Of a stretch of 64,000 bases of DNA, positions 1 through 13,900 are shown one piece after another. A program made the position numbers and the translations under genes. The stretch is from the NCBI GenBank assembly GCA_053919585.1, contig CM132805.1. One strand, 5' to 3'. The notes below the pieces were generated by a model. The model was not told where the DNA came from. It saw nothing but the letters and a program-made list of their open reading frames with translations, and did not search any database. How positions within the stretch are numbered: position 1 is the stretch's first letter; every line of letters starts with the position of its first letter. Source of the stretch: Euprymna scolopes (lineage: Eukaryota).

Positions 1-942
1 TGAACCGGTTTGGACCGGTTTGGACCGGTTCTATCCGGTTTCAACCAGTCTAATCCGGTCTGAACCGGTCTGAACCGGTCCGAACCGGTCCTAGCCTGAT
101 TTAACTGAGGTAGGAGTAAGCATTATATCATATTTCATCTTGTCACTGGCATGATTATTACATACATCGTGTGTTTCATATGCGACAATGTAGGCTTAGG
201 TGTACGAAAGCTCCAATTAAGGGTGTCAGCCATTTTCCTAGCATATAAAAACATGGAGGCATCATCTAGTGCGTTTACTTAACTATGTATAGTAGCGGCC
301 GGTGGGACCCATTTCTTTACAGTTTCAAAGTAGGTGAGACAGAATTCACTGGTCCGAAATAGTTTGATCAGTTTTTGCTGATGGGTTGAAATGAGTTGAA
401 ATGGCCTGAACCGGTTTGAACAGGTTTTAACCGGTTTGAACCGGTTCGATCCGGTTGGAACCGGTTGGAACCGGTTGGAACCGGTTCGATCCGGTTGAAA
501 CCGGTTGGAACCGGTTCAATCTGGTTTAAACCGGTTCAATCCGGATTGGACCGGTTTGGACCGGTTCTATCCGGTTTCAACCAGTCTAATCCGGTCTGAA
601 CCGGTCTGAACCGGTCCGAACCGGTCCTAGCCTGATTTAACTGAGGTAGGAGTAAGCATTATATCATATTTCATCTTGTCACTGGCATGATTATTACATA
701 CATCGTGTGTTTCATATGCGACAATGTAGGCTTAGGTGTGCGAAAGCTCCAATTAAGGGTGTCAGCCATTTTCCTAGCATATAAAAACATGGAGGCATCA
801 TCTAGTGCGTTTACTTAACTATGTATAGTAGCGGCCGGTGGGACCCATTTCTTTACAGTTTCAAATTAGGTGAGACAGAATTCACTGGTCCGAAATAGTT
901 TGATCAGTTTTTACTGATGGGTTGAAATGAGTTGAAATGGCC

Positions 943-1172
943 TGAACCGGTTTGAACAGGTTTGAACCGGTTTGAACCGGTTCGATCCGGTTGGAACCGG
1001 TTGGAACCGGTTGGAACCGGTTCGATCCGGTTGAAACCGGTTGGAACCGGTTCAATCTGGTTTAAACCGGTTCAATCCGGATTGAACCGGTTTGGACCGG
1101 TTTGGACCGGTTCTATCCGGTTTCAACCAGTCTAATCCGGTCTGAACCGGTCTGAACCGGTCCGAACCGGTC
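943..1172. repeat. Decamer sub-repeat block of the monomer (example copy): 23 x 10 bp, consensus NGAACCGGTT
   Basis: Reads tgaaccggtt tgaacaggtt tgaaccggtt ... cgaaccggtc. Ten of the 23 decamers contain perfect palindromic AACCGGTT. The block is present in every monomer and its length varies in multiples of 10 bp. Confidence 0.98.
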
Positions 1173-4100
1173 CTAGCCTGATTTAACTGAGGTAGGAGTA
1201 AGCATTATATCATATTTCATCTTGTCACTGGCATGATTATTACATACATCGTGTGTTTCATATGCGACAATGTAGGCTTAGGTGTACGAAAGCTCCAATT
1301 AAGGGTGTCAGCCATTTTCCTAGCATATAAAAACATGGAGGCATCATCTAGTGCGTTTACTTAACTATGTATAGTAGCGGCCGGTGGGACCCATTTCTTT
1401 ACAGTTTCAAAGTAGGTGAGACAGAATTCACTGGTCCGAAATAGTTTGATCAGTTTTTGCTGATGGGTTGAAATGAGTTGAAATGGCCTGAACCGGTTTG
1501 AACAGGTTTGAACCGGTTTGAACCGGTTCGATCCGGTTGGAACCGGTTGGAACCGGTTGGAACCGGTTCGATCCGGTTGAAACCGGTTGGAACCGGTTCA
1601 ATCTGGTTTAAACCGGTTCAATCCGGATTGAACCGGTTTGGACCGGTTTGGACCGGTTCTATCCGGTTTCAACCAGTCTAATCCGGTCTGAACCGGTCTG
1701 AATCGGTCCGAACCGGTCCTAGCCTGATTTAACTGAGGTAGGAGTAAGCATTATATCATATTTCATCTTGTCACTGGCATGATTATTACATACATCGTGT
1801 GTTTCATATGCGACAATGTAGGCTTAGGTGTGCGAAAGCTCCAATTAAGGGTGTCAGCCATTTTCCTAGCATATAAAAACATGGAGGCATCATCTAGTGC
1901 GTTTACTTAACTATGTATAGTAGCGGCCGGTGGGACCCATTTCTTTACAGTTTCAAATTAGGTGAGACAGAATTCACTGGTCCGAAATAGTTTGATCAGT
2001 TTTTGCTGATGGGTTGAAATGAGTTGAAATGGCCTGAACCGGTTTGAACAGGTTTGAACCGGTTTGAACCGGTTCGATCCGGTTGGAACCGGTTGGAACC
2101 GGTTGGAACCGGTTCGATCCGGTTGAAACCGGTTGGAACCGGTTCAATCTGGTTTAAACCGGTTCAATCCGGATTGAACCGGTTTGGACCGGTTTGGACC
2201 GGTTCTATCCGGTTTCAACCAGTCTAATCCGGTCTGAACCGGTCTGAACCGGTCCGAACCGGTCCTAGCCTGATTTAACTGAGGTAGGAGTAAGCATTAT
2301 ATCATATTTCATCTTGTCACTGGCATGATTATTACATACATCGTGTGTTTCATATGCGACAATGTAGGCTTAGGTGTACGAAAGCTCCAATTAAGGGTGT
2401 CAGCCATTTTCCTAGCATATAAAAACATGGAGGCATCATCTAGTGCGTTTACTTAACTATGTATAGTAGCGGCCGGTGGGACCCATTTCTTTACAGTTTC
2501 AAAGTAGGTGAGACAGAATTCACTGGTCCGAAATAGTTTGATCAGTTTTTGCTGATGGGTTGAAATGAGTTGAAATGGCCTGAACCGGTTTGAACAGGTT
2601 TGAACCGGTTTGAACCGGTTCGATCCGGTTGGAACCGGTTGGAACCGGTTGGAACCGGTTCGATCCGGTTGAAACCGGTTGGAACCGGTTCAATCTGGTT
2701 TAAACCGGTTCAATCCGGATTGAACCGGTTTGGACCGGTTTGGACCGGTTCTATCCGGTTTCAACCAGTCTAATCCGGTCTGAACCGGTCTGAACCGGTC
2801 CGAACCGGTCCTAGCCTGATTTAACTGAGGTAGGAGTAAGCATTATATCATATTTCATCTTGTCACTGGCATGATTATTACATACATCGTGTGTTTCATA
2901 TGCGACAATGTAGGCTTAGGTGTGCGAAAGCTCCAATTAAGGGTGTCAGCCATTTTCCTAGCATATAAAAACATGGAGGCATCATCTAGTGCGTTTACTT
3001 AACTATGTATAGTAGCGGCCGGTGGGACCCATTTCTTTACAGTTTCAAATTAGGTGAGACAGAATTCACTGGTCCGAAATAGTTTGATCAGTTTTTGCTG
3101 ATGGGTTGAAATGAGTTGAAATGGCCTGAACCGGTTTGAACAGGTTTGAACCGGTTTGAACCGGTTCGATCCGGTTGGAACCGGTTGGAACCGGTTGGAA
3201 CCGGTTCGATCCGGTTGAAACCGGTTGGAACCGGTTCAATCTGGTTTAAACCGGTTCAATCCGGATTGAACCGGTTTGGACCGGTTTGGACCGGTTCTAT
3301 CCGGTTTCAACCAGTCTAATCCGGTCTGAACCGGTCTGAACCGGTCCGAACCGGTCCTAGCCTGATTTAACTGAGGTAGGAGTAAGCATTATATCATATT
3401 TCATCTTGTCACTGGCATGATTATTACATACATCGTGTGTTTCATATGCGACAATGTAGGCTTAGGTGTACGAAAGCTCCAATTAAGGGTGTCAGCCATT
3501 TTCCTAGCATATAAAAACATGGAGGCATCATCTAGTGCGTTTACTTAACTATGTATAGTAGCGGCCGGTGGGACCCATTTCTTTACAGTTTCAAAGTAGG
3601 TGAGACAGAATTCACTGGTCCGAAATAGTTTGATCAGTTTTTGCTGATGGGTTGAAATGAGTTGAAATGGCCTGAACCGGTTTGAACAGGTTTGAACCGG
3701 TTTGAACCGGTTCGATCCGGTTGGAACCGGTTGGAACCGGTTGGAACCGGTTCGATCCGGTTGAAACCGGTTCAATCTGGTTTAAACCGGTTCAATCCGG
3801 ATTGAACCGGTTTGGACCGGTTTGGACCGGTTCTATCCGGTTTCAACCAGTCTAATCCGGTCTGAACCGGTCTGAACCGGTCCGAACCGGTCCTAGCCTG
3901 ATTTAACTGAGGTAGGAGTAAGCATTATATCATATTTCATCTTGTCACTGGCATGATTATTACATACATCGTGTGTTTCATATGCGACAATGTAGGCTTA
4001 GGTGTACGAAAGCTCCAATTAAGGGTGTCAGCCATTTTCCTAGCATATAAAAACATGGAGGCATCATCTAGTGCGTTTACTTAACTATGTATAGTAGCGG

Positions 4101-4984
4101 CCGGTGGGACCCATTTCTTTACAGTTTCAAAGTAGGTGAGACAGAATTCACTGGTCCGAAATAGTTTGATCAGTTTTTGCTGATGGGTTGAAATGAGTTG
4201 AAATGGCCTGAACCGGTTTGAACAGGTTTGAACCGGTTTGAACCGGTTCGATCCGGTTGGAACCGGTTGGAACCGGTTGGAACCGGTTCGATCCGGTTGA
4301 AACCGGTTGGAACCGGTTCAATCTGGTTTAAACCGGTTCAATCCGGATTGAACCGGTTTGGACCGGTTTGGACCGGTTCTATCCGGTTTCAACCAGTCTA
4401 ATCCGGTCTGAACCGGTCTGAACCGGTCCGAACCGGTCCTAGCCTGATTTAACTGAGGTAGGAGTAAGCATTATATCATATTTCATCTTGTCACTGGCAT
4501 GATTATTACATACATCGTGTGTTTCATATGCGACAATGTAGGCTTAGGTGTGCGAAAGCTCCAATTAAGGGTGTCAGCCATTTTCCTAGCATATAAAAAC
4601 ATGGAGGCATCATCTAGTGCGTTTACTTAACTATGTATAGTAGCGGCCGGTGGGACCCATTTCTTTACAGTTTCAAATTAGGTGAGACAGAATTCACTGG
4701 TCCGAAATAGTTTGATCAGTTTTTGCTGATGGGTTGAAATGAGTTGAAATGGCCTGAACCGGTTTGAATAGGTTTGAACCGGTTTGAACCGGTTCGATCC
4801 GGTTGGAACCGGTTGGAACCGGTTGGAACCGGTTCGATCCGGTTGAAACCGGTTGGAACCGGTTCAATCTGGTTTAAACCGGTTCAATCCGGATTGAACC
4901 GGTTTGGACCGGTTTGGACCGGTTCTATCCGGTTTCAACCAGTCTAATCCGGTCTGAACCGGTCTGAACCGGTCCGAACCGGTC

Positions 4985-7900
4985 CTAGCCTGATTTAACT
5001 GAGGTAGGAGTAAGCATTATATCATATTTCATCTTGTCACTGGCATGATTATTACATACATCGTGTGTTTCATATGCGACAATGTAGGCTTAGGTGTACG
5101 AAAGCTCCAATTAAGGGTGTCAGCCATTTTCCTAGCATATAAAAACATGGAGGCATCATCGAGTGCGTTTACTTAACTATGTATAGTAGCGGCCGGTGGG
5201 ACCCATTTCTTTACAGTTTCAAAGTAGGTGAGACAGAATTCACTGGTCCGAAATAGTTTGATCAGTTTTTGCTGATGGGTTGAAATGAGTTGAAATGGCC
5301 TGAACCGGTTTGAACAGGTTTTAACCGGTTTGAACCGGTTCGATCCGGTTGGAACCGGTTGGAACCGGTTGGAACCGGTTCGATCCGGTTGAAACCGGTT
5401 GGAACCGGTTCAATCTGGTTTAAACCGGTTCAATCCGGATTGGACCGGTTTGGACCGGTTCTATCCGGTTTCAACCAGTCTAATCCGGTCTGAACCGGTC
5501 TGAACCGGTCCGAACCGGTCCTAGCCTGATTTAACTGAGGTAGGAGTAAGCATTATATCATATTTCATCTTGTCACTGGCATGATTATTACATACATCGT
5601 GTGTTTCATATGCGACAATGTAGGCTTAGGTGTGCGAAAGCTCCAATTAAGGGTGTCAGCCATTTTCCTAGCATATAAAAACATGGAGGCATCATCTAGT
5701 GCGTTTACTTAACTATGTATAGTAGCGGCCGGTGGGACCCATTTCTTTACAGTTTCAAATTAGGTGAGACAGAATTCACTGGTCCGAAATAGTTTGATCA
5801 GTTTTTGCTGATGGGTTGAAATGAGTTGAAATGGCCTGAACCGGTTTGAACAGGTTTGAACCGGTTTGAACCGGTTCGATCCGGTTGGAACCGGTTGGAA
5901 CCGGTTGGAACCGGTTCGATCCGGTTGAAACCGGTTGGAACCGGTTCAATCTGGTTTAAACCGGTTCAATCCGGATTGAACCGGTTTGGACCGGTTTGGA
6001 CCGGTTCTATCCGGTTTCAACCAGTCTAATCCGGTCTGAACCGGTCTGAACCGGTCCGAACCGGTCCTAGCCTGATTTAACTGAGGTAGGAGTAAGCATT
6101 ATATCATATTTCATCTTGTCACTGGCATGATTATTACATACATCGTGTGTTTCATATGCGACAATGTAGGCTTAGGTGTACGAAAGCTCCAATTAAGGGT
6201 GTCAGCCATTTTCCTAGCATATAAAAACATGGAGGCATCATCTAGTGCGTTTACTTAACTATGTATAGTAGCGGCCGGTGGGACCCATTTCTTTACAGTT
6301 TCAAAGTAGGTGAGACAGAATTCACTGGTCCGAAATAGTTTGATCAGTTTTTGCTGATGGGTTGAAATGAGTTGAAATGGCCTGAACCGGTTTGAACAGG
6401 TTTGAACCGGTTTGAACCGGTTCGATCCGGTTGGAACCGGTTGGAACCGGTTGGAACCGGTTCGATCCGGTTGAAACCGGTTGGAACCGGTTCAATCTGG
6501 TTTAAACCGGTTCAATCCGGATTGAACCGGTTTGGACCGGTTTGGACCGGTTCTATCCGGTTTCAACCAGTCTAATCCGGTCTGAACCGGTCTGAACCGG
6601 TCCGAACCGGTCCTAGCCTGATTTAACTGAGGTAGGAGTAAGCATTATATCATATTTCATCTTGTCACTGGCATGATTATTACATACATCGTGTGTTTCA
6701 TATGCGACAATGTAGGCTTAGGTGTACGAAAGCTCCAATTAAGGGTGTCAGCCATTTTCCTAGCATATAAAAACATGGAGGCATCATCTAGTGCGTTTAC
6801 TTAACTATGTATAGTAGCGGCCGGTGGGACCCATTTCTTTACAGTTTCAAAGTAGGTGAGACAGAATTCACTGGTCCGAAATAGTTTGATCAGTTTTTGC
6901 TGATGGGTTGAAATGAGTTGAAATGGCCTGAACCGGTTTGAACAGGTTTGAACCGGTTTGAACCGGTTCGATCCGGTTGGAACCGGTTGGAACCGGTTGG
7001 AACCGGTTCGATCCGGTTGAAACCGGTTGGAACCGGTTCAATCTGGTTTAAACCGGTTCAATCCGGATTGAACCGGTTTGGACCGGTTTGGACCGGTTCT
7101 ATCCGGTTTCAACCAGTCTAATCCGGTCTGAACCGGTCTGAACCGGTCCGAACCGGTCCTAGCCTGATTTAACTGAGGTAGGAGTAAGCATTATATCATA
7201 TTTCATCTTGTCACTGGCATGATTATTACATACATCGTGTGTTTCATATGCGACAATGTAGGCTTAGGTGTACGAAAGCTCCAATTAAGGGTGTCAGCCA
7301 TTTTCCTAGCATATAAAAACATGGAGGCATCATCTAGTGCGTTTACTTAACTATGTATAGTAGCGGCCGGTGGGACCCATTTCTTTACAGTTTCAAAGTA
7401 GGTGAGACAGAATTCACTGGTCCGAAATAGTTTGATCAGTTTTTGCTGATGGGTTGAAATGAGTTGAAATGGCCTGAACCGGTTTGAACAGGTTTGAACC
7501 GGTTTGAATCGGTTCGATCCGGTTGGAACCGGTTGGAACCGGTTGGAACCGGTTCGATCCGGTTGAAACCGGTTGGAACCGGTTCAATCTGGTTTAAACC
7601 GGTTCAATCCGGATTGGACCGGTTTGGACCGGTTCTATCCGGTTTCAACCAGTCTAATCCGGTCTGAACCGGTCTGAACCGGTCCGAACCGGTCCTAGCC
7701 TGATTTAACTGAGGTAGGAGTAAGCATTATATCATATTTCATCTTGTCACTGGCATGATTATTACATACATCGTGTGTTTCATATGCGACAATGTAGGCT
7801 TAGGTGTGCGAAAGCTCCAATTAAGGGTGTCAGCCATTTTCCTAGCATATAAAAACATGGAGGCATCATCTAGTGCGTTTACTTAACTATGTATAGTAGC

Positions 7901-10900
7901 GGCCGGTGGGACCCATTTCTTTACAGTTTCAAATTAGGTGAGACAGAATTCACTGGTCCGAAATAGTTTGATCAGTTTTTGCTGATGGGTTGAAATGAGT
8001 TGAAATGGCCTGAACCGGTTTGAACAGGTTTTAACCGGTTTGAACCGGTTCGATCCGGTTGGAACCGGTTGGAACCGGTTGGAACCGGTTCGATCCGGTT
8101 GAAACCGGTTGGAACCGGTTCAATCTGGTTTAAACCGGTTCAATCCGGATTGGACCGGTTTGGACCGGTTCTATCCGGTTTCAACCAGTCTAATCCGGTC
8201 TGAACCGGTCTGAACCGGTCCGAACCGGTCCTAGCCTGATTTAACTGAGGTAGGAGTAAGCATTATATCATATTTCATCTTGTCACTGGCATGATTATTA
8301 CATACATCGTGTGTTTCATATGCGACAATGTAGGCTTAGGTGTGCGAAAGCTCCAATTAAGGGTGTCAGCCATTTTCCTAGCATATAAAAACATGGAGGC
8401 ATCATCTAGTGCGTTTACTTAACTATGTATAGTAGCGGCCGGTGGGACCCATTTCTTTACAGTTTCAAATTAGGTGAGACAGAATTCACTGGTCCGAAAT
8501 AGTTTGATCAGTTTTTGCTGATGGGTTGAAATGAGTTGAAATGGCCTGAACCGGTTTGAACAGGTTTGAACCGGTTTGAACCGGTTCGATCCGGTTGGAA
8601 CCGGTTGGAACCGGTTGGAACCGGTTCGATCCGGTTGAAACCGGTTGGAACCGGTTCAATCTGGTTTAAACCGGTTCAATCCGGATTGAACCGGTTTGGA
8701 CCGGTTTGGACCGGTTCTATCCGGTTTCAACCAGTCTAATCCGGTCTGAACCGGTCTGAACCGGTCCGAACCGGTCCTAGCCTGATTTAACTGAGGTAGG
8801 AGTAAGCATTATATCATATTTCATCTTGTCACTGGCATGATTATTACATACATCGTGTGTTTCATATGCGACAATGTAGGCTTAGGTGTACGAAAGCTCC
8901 AATTAAGGGTGTCAGCCATTTTCCTAGCATATAAAAACATGGAGGCATCATCTAGTGCGTTTACTTAACTATGTATAGTAGCGGCCGGTGGGACCCATTT
9001 CTTTACAGTTTCAAAGTAGGTGAGACAGAATTCACTGGTCCGAAATAGTTTGATCAGTTTTTGCTGATGGGTTGAAATGAGTTGAAATGGCCTGAACCGG
9101 TTTGAACAGGTTTGAACCGGTTTGAACCGGTTCGATCCGGTTGGAACCGGTTGGAACCGGTTGGAACCGGTTCGATCCGGTTGAAACCGGTTGGAACCGG
9201 TTCAATCTGGTTTAAACCGGTTCAATCCGGATTGAACCGGTTTGGACCGGTTTGGACCGGTTCTATCCGGTTTCAACCAGTCTAATCCGGTCTGAACCGG
9301 TCTGAACCGGTCCGAACCGGTCCTAGCCTGATTTAACTGAGGTAGGAGTAAGCATTATATCATATTTCATCTTGTCACTGGCATGATTATTACATACATC
9401 GTGTGTTTCATATGCGACAATGTAGGCTTAGGTGTACGAAAGCTCCAATTAAGGGTGTCAGCCATTTTCCTAGCATATAAAAACATGGAGGCATCATCTA
9501 GTGCGTTTACTTAACTATGTATAGTAGCGGCCGGTGGGACCCATTTCTTTACAGTTTCAAAGTAGGTGAGACAGAATTCACTGGTCCGAAATAGTTTGAT
9601 CAGTTTTTGCTGATGGGTTGAAATGAGTTGAAATGGCCTGAACCGGTTTGAACAGGTTTGAACCGGTTTGAACCGGTTCGATCCGGTTGGAACCGGTTGG
9701 AACCGGTTGGAACCGGTTCGATCCGGTTGAAACCGGTTGGAACCGGTTCAATCTGGTTTAAACCGGTTCAATCCGGATTGAACCGGTTTGGACCGGTTTG
9801 GACCGGTTCTATCCGGTTTCAACCAGTCTAATCCGGTCTGAACCGGTCTGAACCGGTCCGAACCGGTCCTAGACTGATTTAACTGAGGTAGGAGTAAGCA
9901 TTATATCATATTTCATCTTGTCACTGGCATGATTATTACATACATCGTGTGTTTCATATGCGACAATGTAGGCTTAGGTGTACGAAAGCTCCAATTAAGG
10001 GTGTCAGCCATTTTCCTAGCATATAAAAACATGGAGGCATCATCTAGTGCGTTTACTTAACTATGTATAGTAGCGGCCGGTGGGACCCATTTCTTTACAG
10101 TTTCAAAGTAGGTGAGACAGAATTCACTGGTCCGAAATAGTTTGATCAGTTTTTGCTGATGGGTTGAAATGAGTTGAAATGGCCTGAACCGGTTTGAACA
10201 GGTTTGAACCGGTTTGAATCGGTTCGATCCGGTTGGAACCGGTTGGAACCGGTTGGAACCGGTTCGATCCGGTTGAAACCGGTTGGAACCGGTTCAATCT
10301 GGTTTAAACCGGTTCAATCCGGATTGGACCGGTTTGGACCGGTTCTATCCGGTTTCAACCAGTCTAATCCGGTCTGAACCGGTCTGAACCGGTCCGAACC
10401 GGTCCTAGCCTGATTTAACTGAGGTAGGAGTAAGCATTATATCATATTTCATCTTGTCACTGGCATGATTATTACATACATCGTGTGTTTCATATGCGAC
10501 AATGTAGGCTTAGGTGTGCGAAAGCTCCAATTAAGGGTGTCAGCCATTTTCCTAGCATATAAAAACATGGAGGCATCATCTAGTGCGTTTACTTAACTAT
10601 GTATAGTAGCGGCCGGTGGGACCCATTTCTTTACAGTTTCAAATTAGGTGAGACAGAATTCACTGGTCCGAAATAGTTTGATCAGTTTTTGCTGATGGGT
10701 TGAAATGAGTTGAAATGGCCTGAACCGGTTTGAACAGGTTTGAACCGGTTTGAACCGGTTCGATCCGGTTGGAACCGGTTGGAACCGGTTGGAACCGGTT
10801 CGATCCGGTTGAAACCGGTTGGAACCGGTTCAATCTGGTTTAAACCGGTTCAATCCGGATTGGACCGGTTTGGACCGGTTCTATCCGGTTTCAACCAGTC

Positions 10901-13900
10901 TAATCCGGTCTGAACCGGTCTGAACCGGTCCGAACCGGTCCTAGCCTGATTTAACTGAGGTAGGAGTAAGCATTATATCATATTTCATCTTGTCACTGGC
11001 ATGATTATTACATACATCGTGTGTTTCATATGCGACAATGTAGGCTTAGGTGTGCGAAAGCTCCAATTAAGGGTGTCAGCCATTTTCCTAGCATATAAAA
11101 ACATGGAGGCATCATCTAGTGCGTTTACTTAACTATGTATAGTAGCGGCCGGTGGGACCCATTTCTTTACAGTTTCAAATTAGGTGAGACAGAATTCACT
11201 GGTCCGAAATAGTTTGATCAGTTTTTGCTGATGGGTTGAAATGAGTTGAAATGGCCTGAACCGGTTTGAACAGGTTTGAACCGGTTTGAACCGGTTCGAT
11301 CCGGTTGGAACCGGTTGGAACCGGTTGGAACCGGTTCGATCCGGTTGAAACCGGTTGGAACCGGTTCAATCTGGTTTAAACCGGTTCAATCCGGATTGAA
11401 CCGGTTTGGACCGGTTTGGACCGGTTCTATCCGGTTTCAACCAGTCTAATCCGGTCTGAACCGGTCTGAACCGGTCCGAACCGGTCCTAGCCTGATTTAA
11501 CTGAGGTAGGAGTAAGCATTATATCATATTTCATCTTGTCACTGGCATGATTATTACATACATCGTGTGTTTCATATGCGACAATGTAGGCTTAGGTGTA
11601 CGAAAGCTCCAATTAAGGGTGTCAGCCATTTTCCTAGCATATAAAAACATGGAGGCATCATCTAGTGCGTTTACTTAACTATGTATAGTAGCGGCCGGTG
11701 GGACCCATTTCTTTACAGTTTCAAAGTAGGTGAGACAGAATTCACTGGTCCGAAATAGTTTGATCAGTTTTTGCTGATGGGTTGAAATGAGTTGAAATGG
11801 CCTGAACCGGTTTGAACAGGTTTTAACCGGTTTGAACCGGTTCGATCCGGTTGGAACCGGTTGGAACCGGTTGGAACCGGTTCGATCCGGTTGAAACCGG
11901 TTGGAACCGGTTCAATCTGGTTTAAACCGGTTCAATCCGGATTGGACCGGTTTGGACCGGTTCTATCCGGTTTCAACCAGTCTAATCCGGTCTGAACCGG
12001 TCTGAACCGGTCCGAACCGGTCCTAGCCTGATTTAACTGAGGTAGGAGTAAGCATTATATCATATTTCATCTTGTCACTGGCATGATTATTACATACATC
12101 GTGTGTTTCATATGCGACAATGTAGGCTTAGGTGTGCGAAAGCTCCAATTAAGGGTGTCAGCCATTTTCCTAGCATATAAAAACATGGAGGCATCATCTA
12201 GTGCGTTTACTTAACTATGTATAGTAGCGGCCGGTGGGACCCATTTCTTTACAGTTTCAAATTAGGTGAGACAGAATTCACTGGTCCGAAATAGTTTGAT
12301 CAGTTTTTGCTGATGGGTTGAAATGAGTTGAAATGGCCTGAACCGGTTTGAACAGGTTTGAACCGGTTTGAACCGGTTCGATCCGGTTGGAACCGGTTGG
12401 AACCGGTTGGAACCGGTTCGATCCGGTTGAAACCGGTTGGAACCGGTTCAATCTGGTTTAAACCGGTTCAATCCGGATTGAACCGGTTTGGACCGGTTTG
12501 GACCGGTTCTATCCGGTTTCAACCAGTCTAATCCGGTCTGAACCGGTCTGAACCGGTCCGAACCGGTCCTAGCCTGATTTAACTGAGGTAGGAGTAAGCA
12601 TTATATCATATTTCATCTTGTCACTGGCATGATTATTACATACATCGTGTGTTTCATATGCGACAATGTAGGCTTAGGTGTACGAAAGCTCCAATTAAGG
12701 GTGTCAGCCATTTTCCTAGCATATAAAAACATGGAGGCATCATCTAGTGCGTTTACTTAACTATGTATAGTAGCGGCCGGTGGGACCCATTTCTTTACAG
12801 TTTCAAAGTAGGTGAGACAGAATTCACTGGTCCGAAATAGTTTGATCAGTTTTTGCTGATGGGTTGAAATGAGTTGAAATGGCCTGAACCGGTTTGAACA
12901 GGTTTGAACCGGTTTGAACCGGTTCGATCCGGTTGGAACCGGTTGGAACCGGTTGGAACCGGTTCGATCCGGTTGAAACCGGTTGGAACCGGTTCAATCT
13001 GGTTTAAACCGGTTCAATCCGGATTGAACCGGTTTGGACCGGTTTGGACCGGTTCTATCCGGTTTCAACCAGTCTAATCCGGTCTGAACCGGTCTGAACC
13101 GGTCCGAACCGGTCCTAGCCTGATTTAACTGAGGTAGGAGTAAGCATTATATCATATTTCATCTTGTCACTGGCATGATTATTACATACATCGTGTGTTT
13201 CATATGCGACAATGTAGGCTTAGGTGTACGAAAGCTCCAATTAAGGGTGTCAGCCATTTTCCTAGCATATAAAAACATGGAGGCATCATCTAGTGCGTTT
13301 ACTTAACTATGTATAGTAGCGGCCGGTGGGACCCATTTCTTTACAGTTTCAAAGTAGGTGAGACAGAATTCACTGGTCCGAAATAGTTTGATCAGTTTTT
13401 GCTGATGGGTTGAAATGAGTTGAAATGGCCTGAACCGGTTTGAACAGGTTTGAACCGGTTTGAACCGGTTCGATCCGGTTGGAACCGGTTGGAACCGGTT
13501 GGAACCGGTTCGATCCGGTTGAAACCGGTTGGAACCGGTTCAATCTGGTTTAAACCGGTTCAATCCGGATTGAACCGGTTTGGACCGGTTTGGACCGGTT
13601 CTATCCGGTTTCAACCAGTCTAATCCGGTCTGAACCGGTCTGAACCGGTCCGAACCGGTCCTAGCCTGATTTAACTGAGGTAGGAGTAAGCATTATATCA
13701 TATTTCATCTTGTCACTGGCATGATTATTACATACATCGTGTGTTTCATATGCGACAATGTAGGCTTAGGTGTACGAAAGCTCCAATTAAGGGTGTCAGC
13801 CATTTTCCTAGCATATAAAAACATGGAGGCATCATCTAGTGCGTTTACTTAACTATGTATAGTAGCGGCCGGTGGGACCCATTTCTTTACAGTTTCAAAG

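Noticed and set aside
191-225. Telomere-like motifs (TAGGCTTAGG, TTAAGGG) in the monomer
   Set aside because: Fewer than two tandem copies; not an array.
240-390. Spliced-leader or snRNA gene array (TATAAAA, donor-like AG|GTGAGA, AGTTTTTG Sm-like tract, small hairpins)
   Set aside because: No match to any SL, U snRNA or 5S sequence I recognise. The T-tract lies in a hairpin loop within degenerate decamers, and the motifs are short enough to be chance. An Rfam scan or a search of mRNA 5' ends would settle it.
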